A DNA stretch of 32,000 nucleotides from Candidatus Lokiarchaeum ossiferum (GTDB lineage: Archaea; Asgardarchaeota; Lokiarchaeia; Sigyniarchaeales; Promethearchaeaceae): NCBI GenBank assembly GCA_025839675.1, contig CP104013.1, positions 3,060,001 to 3,092,000 of the forward strand. Reading direction: 5' to 3'. Both the position numbers and the translations under genes were made by a program. This document shows positions 23,563 through 31,496 of this stretch, piece by piece. The notes under the pieces were generated by a model. That model did not search any database and was not told the origin of the DNA. It saw nothing but the letters and a program-made list of their open reading frames with translations. Position 1 is the stretch's first letter; each line of letters opens with the position of its first letter.

Positions 23563-24246
23563 TTAAGCGGTGATGGGGGAACCATCATCCATTCGTTTAA
23601 GTTGGGGTGACACTTGATAATCAGCTTCCGTATATTTACGAATTTCGTCCAGCGAAGAATCTTTCTGAATTTCTTTTAAAATCAAACCTTGGGGTGTTAC
23701 TTCAAATAAACCAAATTCGGTAATGATTTTATCAACAACTTTAGCTCCAGTGAGCGGTAAAGAACATTTTTTCAAAATTTTTGGGGATCCTTTGGCTGTA
23801 TGGAACATAGCAACAATAACTTGCTTAGCCCCTGTCACGAGATCCATTGCCCCACCCATCCCCGGAATAAATTTTCCCGGAACGGCCCAATTTGCCAAAT
23901 TTCCCTCTTGATCTACTTCAAAAGCGCCCAAAATGGTGGAATCCAAATGACCTCCACGAACTATTCCAAAGGAGGTTGGACTGTCAAAATAAGAACCATA
24001 ATCTTCAATGGTGACATAAACACCACCAGCATTAGTCAAGTCTTTATCAATAGCTTCTGAAGGAGCATCTGCACCCATCCCAACCAACCCATTTTCGGAA
24101 TGGAAAATGACATTAACATCCTTAGATATAAATTGAGGGACCATCATGGGAACTCCAAAACCTAAATTGACGACTTGGCCATCCTTTAATTCTTTAGCTA
24201 CACGCTTGGCAATAACAATGTTGGCTTCTTTTCTGTCGTTGATCAC
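23563..24246 (-). CDS. atoA: 3-oxoacid/acetate (butyrate-acetoacetate) CoA-transferase subunit B
   Basis: 227 aa. The SENG motif with the catalytic Glu (HSENGLVGMG), NLANWAVPGKFIPGMGGAMDL, and collinearity with E. coli AtoA as remembered. The GTG start overlaps the upstream TAG by 1 nt. Confidence 0.9.
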   Translation of the reverse strand: MINDRKEANIVIAKRVAKELKDGQVVNLGFGVPMMVPQFISKDVNVIFHSENGLVGMGADAPSEAIDKDLTNAGGVYVTIEDYGSYFDSPTSFGIVRGGHLDSTILGAFEVDQEGNLANWAVPGKFIPGMGGAMDLVTGAKQVIVAMFHTAKGSPKILKKCSLPLTGAKVVDKIITEFGLFEVTPQGLILKEIQKDSSLDEIRKYTEADYQVSPQLKRMDDGSPITA

Positions 24247-24902
24247 TATGCAACAACTCCTTCTATGATATAATTAACAAAAATGCCTGGGGTATGAACA
24301 ATATCTTTGTCAATTTCGCCGACTTTTACTAATTCTTGAGCTTCGCATATTGTGATATCAGCAGCCATTGCTACAGTAGGATTATAATTTCGGGTAGATT
24401 TGCTGTAAAAGACATTTCCGAACTCATCAACCTTGGTACCTTTGATAATTGCCAAATCGGCTCTCAATGGCGGTTCTAAAATGAATTCTTGTCCATCGAC
24501 TGATATTTTTTGTTTACCTTCTTCAACAGGAGTACCAATTCCAGTTGGGGTTAAAATACCCCCTAAACCAAATCCTTGGGCTCGAATCTTTTCAATCAAA
24601 GTTCCCTGTGGATAAAATTCAACTTCCATAAGTCCTGCATTGAGGCATCGTTTAGATTCAGGATTGGTTCCAACGTGGGAACATATAACTTTTTTAATGA
24701 TACCTTTGCCAACCAAGCGGCCAACACCGCGATCTGGAAAGGCAGTATCATTGACAATAATAGTAAGATCTTTTAATTTTAATTCCATAATAAGATCGAT
24801 TAGTCGTTCAGGCGCTCCACAGCCTAAAAATCCACCAACCATGATAGTCATACCATCTTTAAAGAGAGGCTTTATCGTTTCTAAATCAACAACTTTTTTC
24901 AT
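24246..24902 (-). CDS. atoD: 3-oxoacid/acetate CoA-transferase subunit A
   Basis: 218 aa. DGMTIMVGGFLGCGAPE (family GGFG.CG.PE motif), SHVG.NP, and LAIIKGTKVDEFGN. Translationally coupled to subunit B. Confidence 0.9.
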   Translation of the reverse strand: MKKVVDLETIKPLFKDGMTIMVGGFLGCGAPERLIDLIMELKLKDLTIIVNDTAFPDRGVGRLVGKGIIKKVICSHVGTNPESKRCLNAGLMEVEFYPQGTLIEKIRAQGFGLGGILTPTGIGTPVEEGKQKISVDGQEFILEPPLRADLAIIKGTKVDEFGNVFYSKSTRNYNPTVAMAADITICEAQELVKVGEIDKDIVHTPGIFVNYIIEGVVA

Positions 24903-25114
24903 AAGACACCACTTTAATTTTCTAAAATATAACGCTCCAATTTAAATGTGATTTCACTGTAGAATTGCGTAAACCGAAAATACATGCGGGAAATTGTTCC
25001 CAATTGATATAATAGAACAAAAAATTTGATATAAATGCAATATTTTACACAAAAATTAGAAGATGGTGATCAAAAATTGATAAATTCCTTTAGATAATTT
25101 CAAAAAATGATAAT

Positions 25115-25122
25115 AAAAAAAA
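25115..25122 (-). terminator. T8 tract ~27 nt downstream of the DUF35 gene stop
   Basis: A8 run on the + strand after the stop at 25149-25151. Confidence 0.3.
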
Positions 25123-25148
25123 GAAGTAACTTAAAAAGATGAGATCTT

Positions 25149-25586
25149 TTACTTTTGAGGTTCAAATCCAACGTCCCATCGATATAAGGGATTGCCTTCT
25201 TTGTCAACACCGATTTCAGCTCTCAAAAATGTGACTTGAACAGCCATGTCAATTGTAATTTTATCTGGTTGAGTTTCATCAACCCCAATCAATTGTCCCG
25301 CCACACTGGGTCCTTCTTCCATCTGACAGACAGCAAAGACGTAAGGTTTCTTCCGATTATAACCTTTATCCATCATAGCCTTGGACCCTACATATATCGA
25401 AGAGAAGGTTTTAAGTGCACCTTTTCCCGATAATTCGATCCATTCAGCTTCCGATAAACATTCAGAGCAAAGTCTTCGGGGAGGTAAATCAATCTGATTG
25501 CAATGAGGACATTTTGAAGCCATCAACTTTTTTTCGGCAAGATATTTAAAATAATTGTTAACAGTGATCATATTTTCGTTTGACAT
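25149..25586 (-). CDS. DUF35-type Zn-ribbon/OB-fold protein (thiolase/HMGCS scaffold protein)
   Basis: 145 aa. C4 zinc ribbon CPHCNQ...CSEC followed by an OB-fold-like region. GGAGTG SD 8 nt upstream. Starts 12 nt after the thiolase stop. Confidence 0.85.
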   Translation of the reverse strand: MSNENMITVNNYFKYLAEKKLMASKCPHCNQIDLPPRRLCSECLSEAEWIELSGKGALKTFSSIYVGSKAMMDKGYNRKKPYVFAVCQMEEGPSVAGQLIGVDETQPDKITIDMAVQVTFLRAEIGVDKEGNPLYRWDVGFEPQK

Positions 25587-25598
25587 AATAAAACACTC

Positions 25599-26873
25599 CT
25601 ATAGTTTCTCCTTAGTCATGATGGTGACCGTGGCTGTAGCCCCTGATCCACCCAAATTTTGAGCAAGCCCTACTTTTAAATCACCTTGAACTTGCCGATT
25701 TCGTTCGGCTTTTCCTGCAAGTTGTTTATAGATTTCCACAATTTGAGAAGCCCCTGTTGCACCCACAGGATGACCTTTAGTTTTTAGGCCTCCACTAGTA
25801 TTAATGGGCCGTTTTCCATCCCGCTTGGTTTCCCCATTTGCAATAGCTTTAACAGCTTCACCAGGTTTATAAAAACCAAGATCTTCAAGAGCAACTAATT
25901 CAGCAATGGTGAAACAATCATGAACTTCAGCAATTTGGATATCTTCTGGTGTTAACCCAGCCATATCATACGCTTGTCGAGCTGCTTCTTTGGTAGCATC
26001 AAAAGTGGTCAATTTTCCATCTTTGCGATCATGCAAACTGAGAGAAGCGCTTCCTTGTCCAATACCACTTACCCAAATCGGATGATCGGTGAATTTATAA
26101 GCTAGTTCTTCCGAAGCTAAAAATATAATGGCTGCTCCATCTGTCACTAAGCTACAATCAAAGAGACGTAAAGGAGAAGCAATCATGGGATTTTTGGATG
26201 ATTCTAGAAACTCGTATTCATCCTTCCAATTTGGAACAGGTTGGCCGCGTTTTTTCGCTTTTTCAATCGCTTTAGCCATAACTTCAGGAATGGTGCTTTG
26301 AACATGCGCAAACGGATTTTCCTTTCCATTTTCATAATTTTTTATTGCTATATTCATAAGATCTTTAGAAGTGGTTCCATATTTATGAAAATGTGCCGTG
26401 GCGACTGCAGCATAAAGTCCTGGAAAAGTGGCCCCTGCATAATATTCATAGGTTGTATCAGCAGCAGCAGCTAAGGCACTGGTCACCCCTGCCGTATTAA
26501 GCTCATTCATTTGTTCCACCCCTCCAACACAAACCACATCATTCATCCCTGAAGCAATACTCATTACAGCATGACGGAAAGCAATTCCACTACTGGCACA
26601 AGCCGCTTCAAACCGAGAAGATGGTTTTGGAGAGAGTCCAATTAAATTTGCCATTAAAGGAGCTAGATGCCCTTGATGATTAAACAAATCAGCAGTAAAA
26701 TTACCCAAAAAGAGCTCATCAATATCTTCAGGTTTAATTCCCTTATCAGTTAATTTAACCGCTTCTAACCATGCTTCCTGCCACATGTCTATCATACGCA
26801 TTTTTGGATAATTAAACCCGAATTTTGACATTCCGGCTCCAACAATTGCAACTTTTCGTGCTAGTTTTCCCAT
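25599..26873 (-). CDS. Archaeal-type thiolase (acetyl-CoA C-acetyltransferase)
   Basis: 424 aa. Nucleophile Cys in FEAACASSG, HDCF, and C-terminal NLGGSGATA. Operon with DUF35. Confidence 0.9.
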   Translation of the reverse strand: MGKLARKVAIVGAGMSKFGFNYPKMRMIDMWQEAWLEAVKLTDKGIKPEDIDELFLGNFTADLFNHQGHLAPLMANLIGLSPKPSSRFEAACASSGIAFRHAVMSIASGMNDVVCVGGVEQMNELNTAGVTSALAAAADTTYEYYAGATFPGLYAAVATAHFHKYGTTSKDLMNIAIKNYENGKENPFAHVQSTIPEVMAKAIEKAKKRGQPVPNWKDEYEFLESSKNPMIASPLRLFDCSLVTDGAAIIFLASEELAYKFTDHPIWVSGIGQGSASLSLHDRKDGKLTTFDATKEAARQAYDMAGLTPEDIQIAEVHDCFTIAELVALEDLGFYKPGEAVKAIANGETKRDGKRPINTSGGLKTKGHPVGATGASQIVEIYKQLAGKAERNRQVQGDLKVGLAQNLGGSGATATVTIMTKEKL

Positions 26874-27048
26874 ACAAATTTCACTTTTATAACCAAAATT
26901 GAATATTCTAAAGTAATTTTTTAGGTAAATTGAAAAAATTTGGTTCGAAAGCTAACTGATAATGACATAACCCACAGAAATCCGTTTAGAAGAAAAAGAT
27001 GAGAGTCAATGAAATTGTGATGAAGAACAAGAATAGAGAAAAAAGAAA

Positions 27049-27134
27049 TGGCGCGGCGGAAGGGATTTGAACCCTCGCGCCTCGAAAGGCACTGGATTAG
27101 CAGTCCAGCTTCGTAACCACTTGAATACCGCCGC
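27049..27134 (-). tRNA. tRNA-Ser (anticodon GCU), 86 nt with encoded CCA
   Basis: Hand-folded: acceptor GCGGCGG/CCGCCGC (7 bp), U8, anticodon stem CTGGA/TCCAG with loop CU-GCU-AA, long variable arm (TGCCTTTCGAGGCGC), T arm GAGGG-TTCAAAT-CCCTT, discriminator G, then CCA. Confidence 0.9.
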
Positions 27135-27295
27135 CTAGTTTCAGATAAAAATTTCTATTTTTTAAAATGCGGCAAATTAAAAAAAATTTTCGTTTTTTGA
27201 GTTTACCTAAGCAACTGTACTATTTTTTTGAAGGGTAACTATAATTTTGGGCTACAAAAAACTATATAAAATAACCACTTCATAATATTATTAAT

Positions 27296-28918
27296 ATGAT
27301 GTCTGATGGATTTTTCAAGAATGTCGGTATTGATTCCATTGGCTTCTATACACCTCAATTTTATTTGGATCTTGATGATTTGGCAATAAATCGTAAGATA
27401 GATCCCAAAAAATTTCGCGATGGGTTGCTTCTTCATGAAATGCGGATTCCAGACCCCAATGAAGATTGTGTTACTATGTCAGTTAAGGCGGCGCAAAATG
27501 CCTTAATTCGGGGACAAGTCGATCCAAAAACAATAGATGCTATATTCGTAGGAACGGAAACAATCACATATGCTGTGAAATCTGTTTCGAACATTTTAGC
27601 AGATATTTTGGGCGTATCGCCGAATTCAATAACCCAAGATATTTATAACGCTTGTGCTGGTGCAACTTTAGCAATTTTAAATGCTATTGCTATGATTGAA
27701 AATGGTATTATAAATAAAGCCCTTGTGATTGGAGTTGATATAAGTTCTTATGATATGCATTCTCCTGGAGAACCTACCCAAGGGGCTGGAGCAGTGGCAT
27801 TAATTCTGACTAAAAATCCTCGTATCGCCGCCTTCAGTCATAAATTTGGAAAAGTTTCTGGAAATGTGAATGACTTTTATCGAGCAGCGGGACAAAAAAA
27901 TGCTAAAGTATTTGGTAAATATTCCGTAGATTCTTATTTAAATTTTCAAATGGCAGCTTTTGATGATCTAAACAAACACATAGGGGAGATTCAAGCAGAT
28001 TACTATGCATTCCATGCCCCCTTTTCAAAACTACCAGTCAAATTTGTTCAAAAATTAATTGTGGAACGGTCTCAACATTTTGTAAATTATATTCTCAATT
28101 CTAACCCAAAACCTCCCCGATCTCGATTAACGAGCAAACTTCCTTCTATTCGTTACAGTCTGAAGCATTTTCCATCTCTTATTTCCAAAATTTTACTTCA
28201 GAATGGATATTCCCGCAGTGTTATCGATACTGTCCTTCAAAAAGCCTCACATTATCGAGAGCATTTCTTTCCACACTTGAATGTTCCCATGCATTTTGGC
28301 AATATGTATTCGGCCAGTGTCTGGGCACAAATTAATTATATTTTAGAAAATCATTCGCATTCAAATGATGTAATTTATTTCGGATCCTATGGATCAGGTG
28401 CAACTTGTATATCTGGTTTACTCAAGGTTATGCCAAAATTCGATTCAGTCTTAAAAAACTATCCTAAAGTTGAGGATTACATCCAAAACAAAGTTAGACG
28501 AACTTATGAAGAGTATGAATTAATTAAAATGGGAAGATTTCATACAACGCTTTCTTATGGCCAGATTATTCCTCATGAAATAAACAATAATCGTGGAATT
28601 GAACTTCATTATTGCGATGAAGGTTGTCTTATTGCATCCCATGAAGGATTAAATCGATGTCCACAAGGCCATTCTGGTAATCATAAGATATTTTATCCCC
28701 TTTACGCATTATTAACCACCGATCCTATAGAAAATTATGATTTTACTGACACTACACCCTTATTTCAAGGAAATGTTAGGATATTGGGAAAACCAAAAAA
28801 AGGAATGCTTTTGGAATATGATATGCGTCGGGTTCAGATTAAAATCAAGGATCATGTCAATGCTGAAGGATTGTTAAACTGGGTTCCAACCTACGTGCCA
28901 AATTCGCATACTTATTAA
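27296..28918 (+). CDS. HMG-CoA synthase (bacterial/eukaryotic MvaS type) with an internal insertion and a ~115-aa C-terminal Cys/His-containing extension
   Basis: 540 aa. Collinear with S. aureus MvaS as remembered: VGIDSIGFYTPQFYLD, catalytic Glu (VGTETITY), Cys (YNACAGAT), His (FHAPFSK), GEPTQGAGAVAL, FGNMYSASVW, YGSGA. The extra C-terminal region contains CDEGC...CPQGH. Confidence 0.85.
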   Translation: MMSDGFFKNVGIDSIGFYTPQFYLDLDDLAINRKIDPKKFRDGLLLHEMRIPDPNEDCVTMSVKAAQNALIRGQVDPKTIDAIFVGTETITYAVKSVSNILADILGVSPNSITQDIYNACAGATLAILNAIAMIENGIINKALVIGVDISSYDMHSPGEPTQGAGAVALILTKNPRIAAFSHKFGKVSGNVNDFYRAAGQKNAKVFGKYSVDSYLNFQMAAFDDLNKHIGEIQADYYAFHAPFSKLPVKFVQKLIVERSQHFVNYILNSNPKPPRSRLTSKLPSIRYSLKHFPSLISKILLQNGYSRSVIDTVLQKASHYREHFFPHLNVPMHFGNMYSASVWAQINYILENHSHSNDVIYFGSYGSGATCISGLLKVMPKFDSVLKNYPKVEDYIQNKVRRTYEEYELIKMGRFHTTLSYGQIIPHEINNNRGIELHYCDEGCLIASHEGLNRCPQGHSGNHKIFYPLYALLTTDPIENYDFTDTTPLFQGNVRILGKPKKGMLLEYDMRRVQIKIKDHVNAEGLLNWVPTYVPNSHTY

Positions 28919-28938
28919 ATAGAAACTCTAAATTCCCG

Positions 28939-28946
28939 TTTTTTTT
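28939..28946 (+). terminator. T8 tract 21 nt after the HMGCS stop
   Basis: T-run read directly in the convergent intergenic region with hflX. Confidence 0.35.
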
Positions 28947-28980
28947 ATAAAATATTTTCTTTAAAGTGGTAGAAAAAAGA

Positions 28981-30363
28981 TTACTTTAATTTTCGATGCA
29001 ATTGAAGTTTTCTCTCAATTAATAACTGGGCTAAATCTTCAAAACCTTGTTTTTCCATAGCCGAAATTGCAAGAGAATCAATATTCGGAAAATGGGTATG
29101 AATCTTGGTCACCCGTTCCTTTATAGATTCGCCAGAAAGAAGGTCAGTTTTATTAAAAACAAAGATTTTGGGAATATCTGCGGCTCCAATTTGTTCAATA
29201 ACTGCAAATGAAGATTCAATTTTTAATAGAATGCGATCCCACTTTTCATCGGAGATATCAATGACAATCATAACTAAATCAGAAAATTGTAGTTCTTCCA
29301 AGGTAGAGAGAAAGGCATCAATTAATAATCGAGACATATCACTAATGAACCCAACGGAATCTGTCAAAATCATTTCTTGTCCTTGCCATCGACCGTATTC
29401 ATCAAACTTTGGAAAAGTAACCTTTCTTGATGTAGTTGTGACTGTTGTGAATTCCTGATCAGCTGTTTCTAAGGACACTTTAGCTAGCTTGTTCACAAGG
29501 GTTGATTTACCCGCATTCGTATAACCCACAACCCCCACATTGAAGAATTTATTTCGAGATTTTCGTCGAAGAGCCCTTCCTTGAGATATTTTGTTCAGCT
29601 CAAGCGAAATTTTATGCTTTTTTCCTCGGAAAGCTCGCATCCGAGGTTCCCAAGCTTTCATCCCTTTACCTTGTTGCCCTCTACCTTGTTTTTCCTGAAG
29701 ATGGATACCCATTTCCTTCTTAATAATATTAGTTTGTAATGTCAGTCGGGCTAATTCAATTTGTAATTTCGATTCATGAGTCTGAGCATGATTTTCGAAG
29801 ATTTCTAAGACGAGTTCATCACGATCTATGGTTTTAACATCCCAAGCACCATGTAAATTAGTCAATTGGGCAAATCCAAGTCGATTATTAAAAATAATTG
29901 TCAGATCATGGCGATTTTTAAGGGTTTCTGGAAGGGTGAGATCGATTATTTCTTCTGGATTTTCAATAAATTCTTCTGATGTTGATGATGAATCAATACC
30001 TGTTTCCCAAATTTCATTATCATTAATAATAGCTCCATCCGCATAATCAACGTTTGAGAAATCGGGATCTTCAATTGAAATTTCAGAATGCTTAGTTTTT
30101 TTTTGAGGATTGAAATGATCATGAAGCACTTCTTTAATCAGTTTCACTTTTCCGCTACCCATAAAAAACCGAGGATTTTTCTTCCGCAAATTCTGAGTAA
30201 TATAGGAATGAATCGAATATCCTGCTGTTTTAACAAGTCCAAGCATCTCTTCTTTGTCGTATGGTTTAAAAGAAGGATGAAAAATTTGGATAACCACCGC
30301 CGATTTCAGATCTATCAGCGATGGGTCCATTTTTAAATTTTGAGTGTGAGAATTTTTTATCAT
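28981..30363 (-). CDS. hflX: GTPase HflX with an acidic insertion in the N-terminal domain
   Basis: 460 aa. G1 GYTNAGKSTL, G3 DSVGF, G4 NKTD. HflX N-domain and the linker helices (LQIELARL). An extra acidic segment of ~75 aa (about 29883-30111) sits between the N-domain elements. Confidence 0.9.
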   Translation of the reverse strand: MIKNSHTQNLKMDPSLIDLKSAVVIQIFHPSFKPYDKEEMLGLVKTAGYSIHSYITQNLRKKNPRFFMGSGKVKLIKEVLHDHFNPQKKTKHSEISIEDPDFSNVDYADGAIINDNEIWETGIDSSSTSEEFIENPEEIIDLTLPETLKNRHDLTIIFNNRLGFAQLTNLHGAWDVKTIDRDELVLEIFENHAQTHESKLQIELARLTLQTNIIKKEMGIHLQEKQGRGQQGKGMKAWEPRMRAFRGKKHKISLELNKISQGRALRRKSRNKFFNVGVVGYTNAGKSTLVNKLAKVSLETADQEFTTVTTTSRKVTFPKFDEYGRWQGQEMILTDSVGFISDMSRLLIDAFLSTLEELQFSDLVMIVIDISDEKWDRILLKIESSFAVIEQIGAADIPKIFVFNKTDLLSGESIKERVTKIHTHFPNIDSLAISAMEKQGFEDLAQLLIERKLQLHRKLK

Positions 30364-30369
30364 TAAATA

Positions 30370-30960
30370 TCAATCATATTCCGGTTTTTGGCCCCGTTTC
30401 TTAAAATATACCATGGATTCGGGAGCAGATTTATTTTGTTTAAGAAATTCGGAATAATCATCTTTTTCATCTGCATCCTCAATTTCTACCAATTTTAACT
30501 TGTATTTTTTCTCAAACTTCCGGGCTAAATCTAAAGATAGAGCAGTTGTTCCTTTTTCAATCCGTTTATAATAGTTTTCTTTAATAAAAACGGAATTTGC
30601 AAAGTCTTTGCTACTTAATTGATTAGTAGTGCGATATTTTAATAAAATATTGGTGGCATTATCAACAATTTTATATTGAGTAAATCGGTCTTTGCGAACA
30701 ACTCTCTTTTTCACTTTATATGGACTATCCGGCATTCTACTTTGTGCAATAGGAGAACTTGAAGCAGATACCATCGATCGAAATTTTTCACTTCTCTGAG
30801 ATCTTGCATGTGCCTGAGCTTGTCTTTTTCGATCTATTTTGGGTACATCTCCCAAATCTTGACAATTAGGACATACTTCCATAATTACTCCTTCAACCTC
30901 TCTACGTAACAACGTATAAGTTTCATTTCCACAAAGTTCACATTCGCCTTTATTTCCCAT
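30370..30960 (-). CDS. Archaeal MBF1-type protein: N-terminal Zn ribbon + C-terminal XRE/cro-C1 HTH
   Basis: 196 aa from the ATG at 30960 (the track start at 30969 is GTG). CELCGN...CPNC zinc ribbon, a basic S/Q/R-rich linker, and an HTH (LSSKDFANSVFIKENYYKRIEKGTTALSLDLARKFEKKYKLKL). The stop is 6 nt before the hflX start. Confidence 0.7.
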   Translation of the reverse strand: MGNKGECELCGNETYTLLRREVEGVIMEVCPNCQDLGDVPKIDRKRQAQAHARSQRSEKFRSMVSASSSPIAQSRMPDSPYKVKKRVVRKDRFTQYKIVDNATNILLKYRTTNQLSSKDFANSVFIKENYYKRIEKGTTALSLDLARKFEKKYKLKLVEIEDADEKDDYSEFLKQNKSAPESMVYFKKRGQKPEYD

Positions 30961-31125
30961 TTTTCTCACAAAGTTACTTATTAGTTAGAATAAAGGAAAC
31001 ATCCCAAAAAAATATGTTTCATTAATCAAATCTCAAAGCGATAACCCGAAAAATTATTTATCTAAAAAATCATAGCGGATTATGGGAAAAATCGGTTTAG
31101 AAGAAAAAGAGAAGAAAAAAAGAAC

Positions 31126-31371
31126 CTATTTGCCACCGCTGATTTTTGGAAGCACAAGAATTTCATCATTCCTTTCAATTTGCATGTTGGAGTCTGCTTT
31201 TTGACCATTAACTAAAATTGCAAAATATTTGGTTTCAATATTTAATTTTTGTATTACATCATGGACTTTTGATGCATCTTTTACACGATAAGTAGTCATT
31301 GAAGAAATTTCATTCAATTTTTCCAATCCAACCATTCGATTCAATATTTTCCCTCCGATTAAATACGACAA
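31126..31371 (-). CDS. Small beta-grasp ThiS/MoaD/SAMP-like protein ending in ...SGGK
   Basis: The C-terminus AILVNGQKADSNMQIERNDEILVLPKISGG-K fits the ThiS/MoaD pattern (VNG...DGDE..I.P..GG). The start is uncertain: the track start at 31371 is TTG, with ATGs at 31335 and 31299. Confidence 0.5.
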   Translation of the reverse strand: MSYLIGGKILNRMVGLEKLNEISSMTTYRVKDASKVHDVIQKLNIETKYFAILVNGQKADSNMQIERNDEILVLPKISGGK

Positions 31372-31496
31372 AAAGATCTTACCTATTTAAACTAAAAACA
31401 TATCTATAAATGTAACTAAAAGTGTTGTCCAATTCTCAATAGAGAAAAAATATCCGATATTATTGTTTTTAAAACAAACCCTGACTTAATCAACAT

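Noticed and set aside
26874-27295. tRNA-Ser as the attachment site of an integrated element.
   Set aside because: No integrase, no repeated tRNA 3' fragment and no phage or plasmid genes are visible nearby. The flanking genes (thiolase, HMGCS) are functionally related housekeeping genes.
238-30336. Many 60-150-aa ORFs in the track lie antisense to, or out of frame within, the large genes. Examples: 238-426, 570-842, 1060-1350, 4632-4913, 5173-5403, 6622-6837, 9006-9236, 10616-11151, 11740-12183, 14411-14871, 15167-15445, 15956-16147, 19596-20648, 21128-21829, 21947-22234, 22858-23208, 23723-24060, 24433-24945, 25236-25433, 26241-26474, 27239-27436, 29105-30336.
   Set aside because: Each is fully overlapped by a longer ORF with clear family motifs. 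Their translations are low-complexity or shadow-frame-like and carry no recognisable domains or SD sites.
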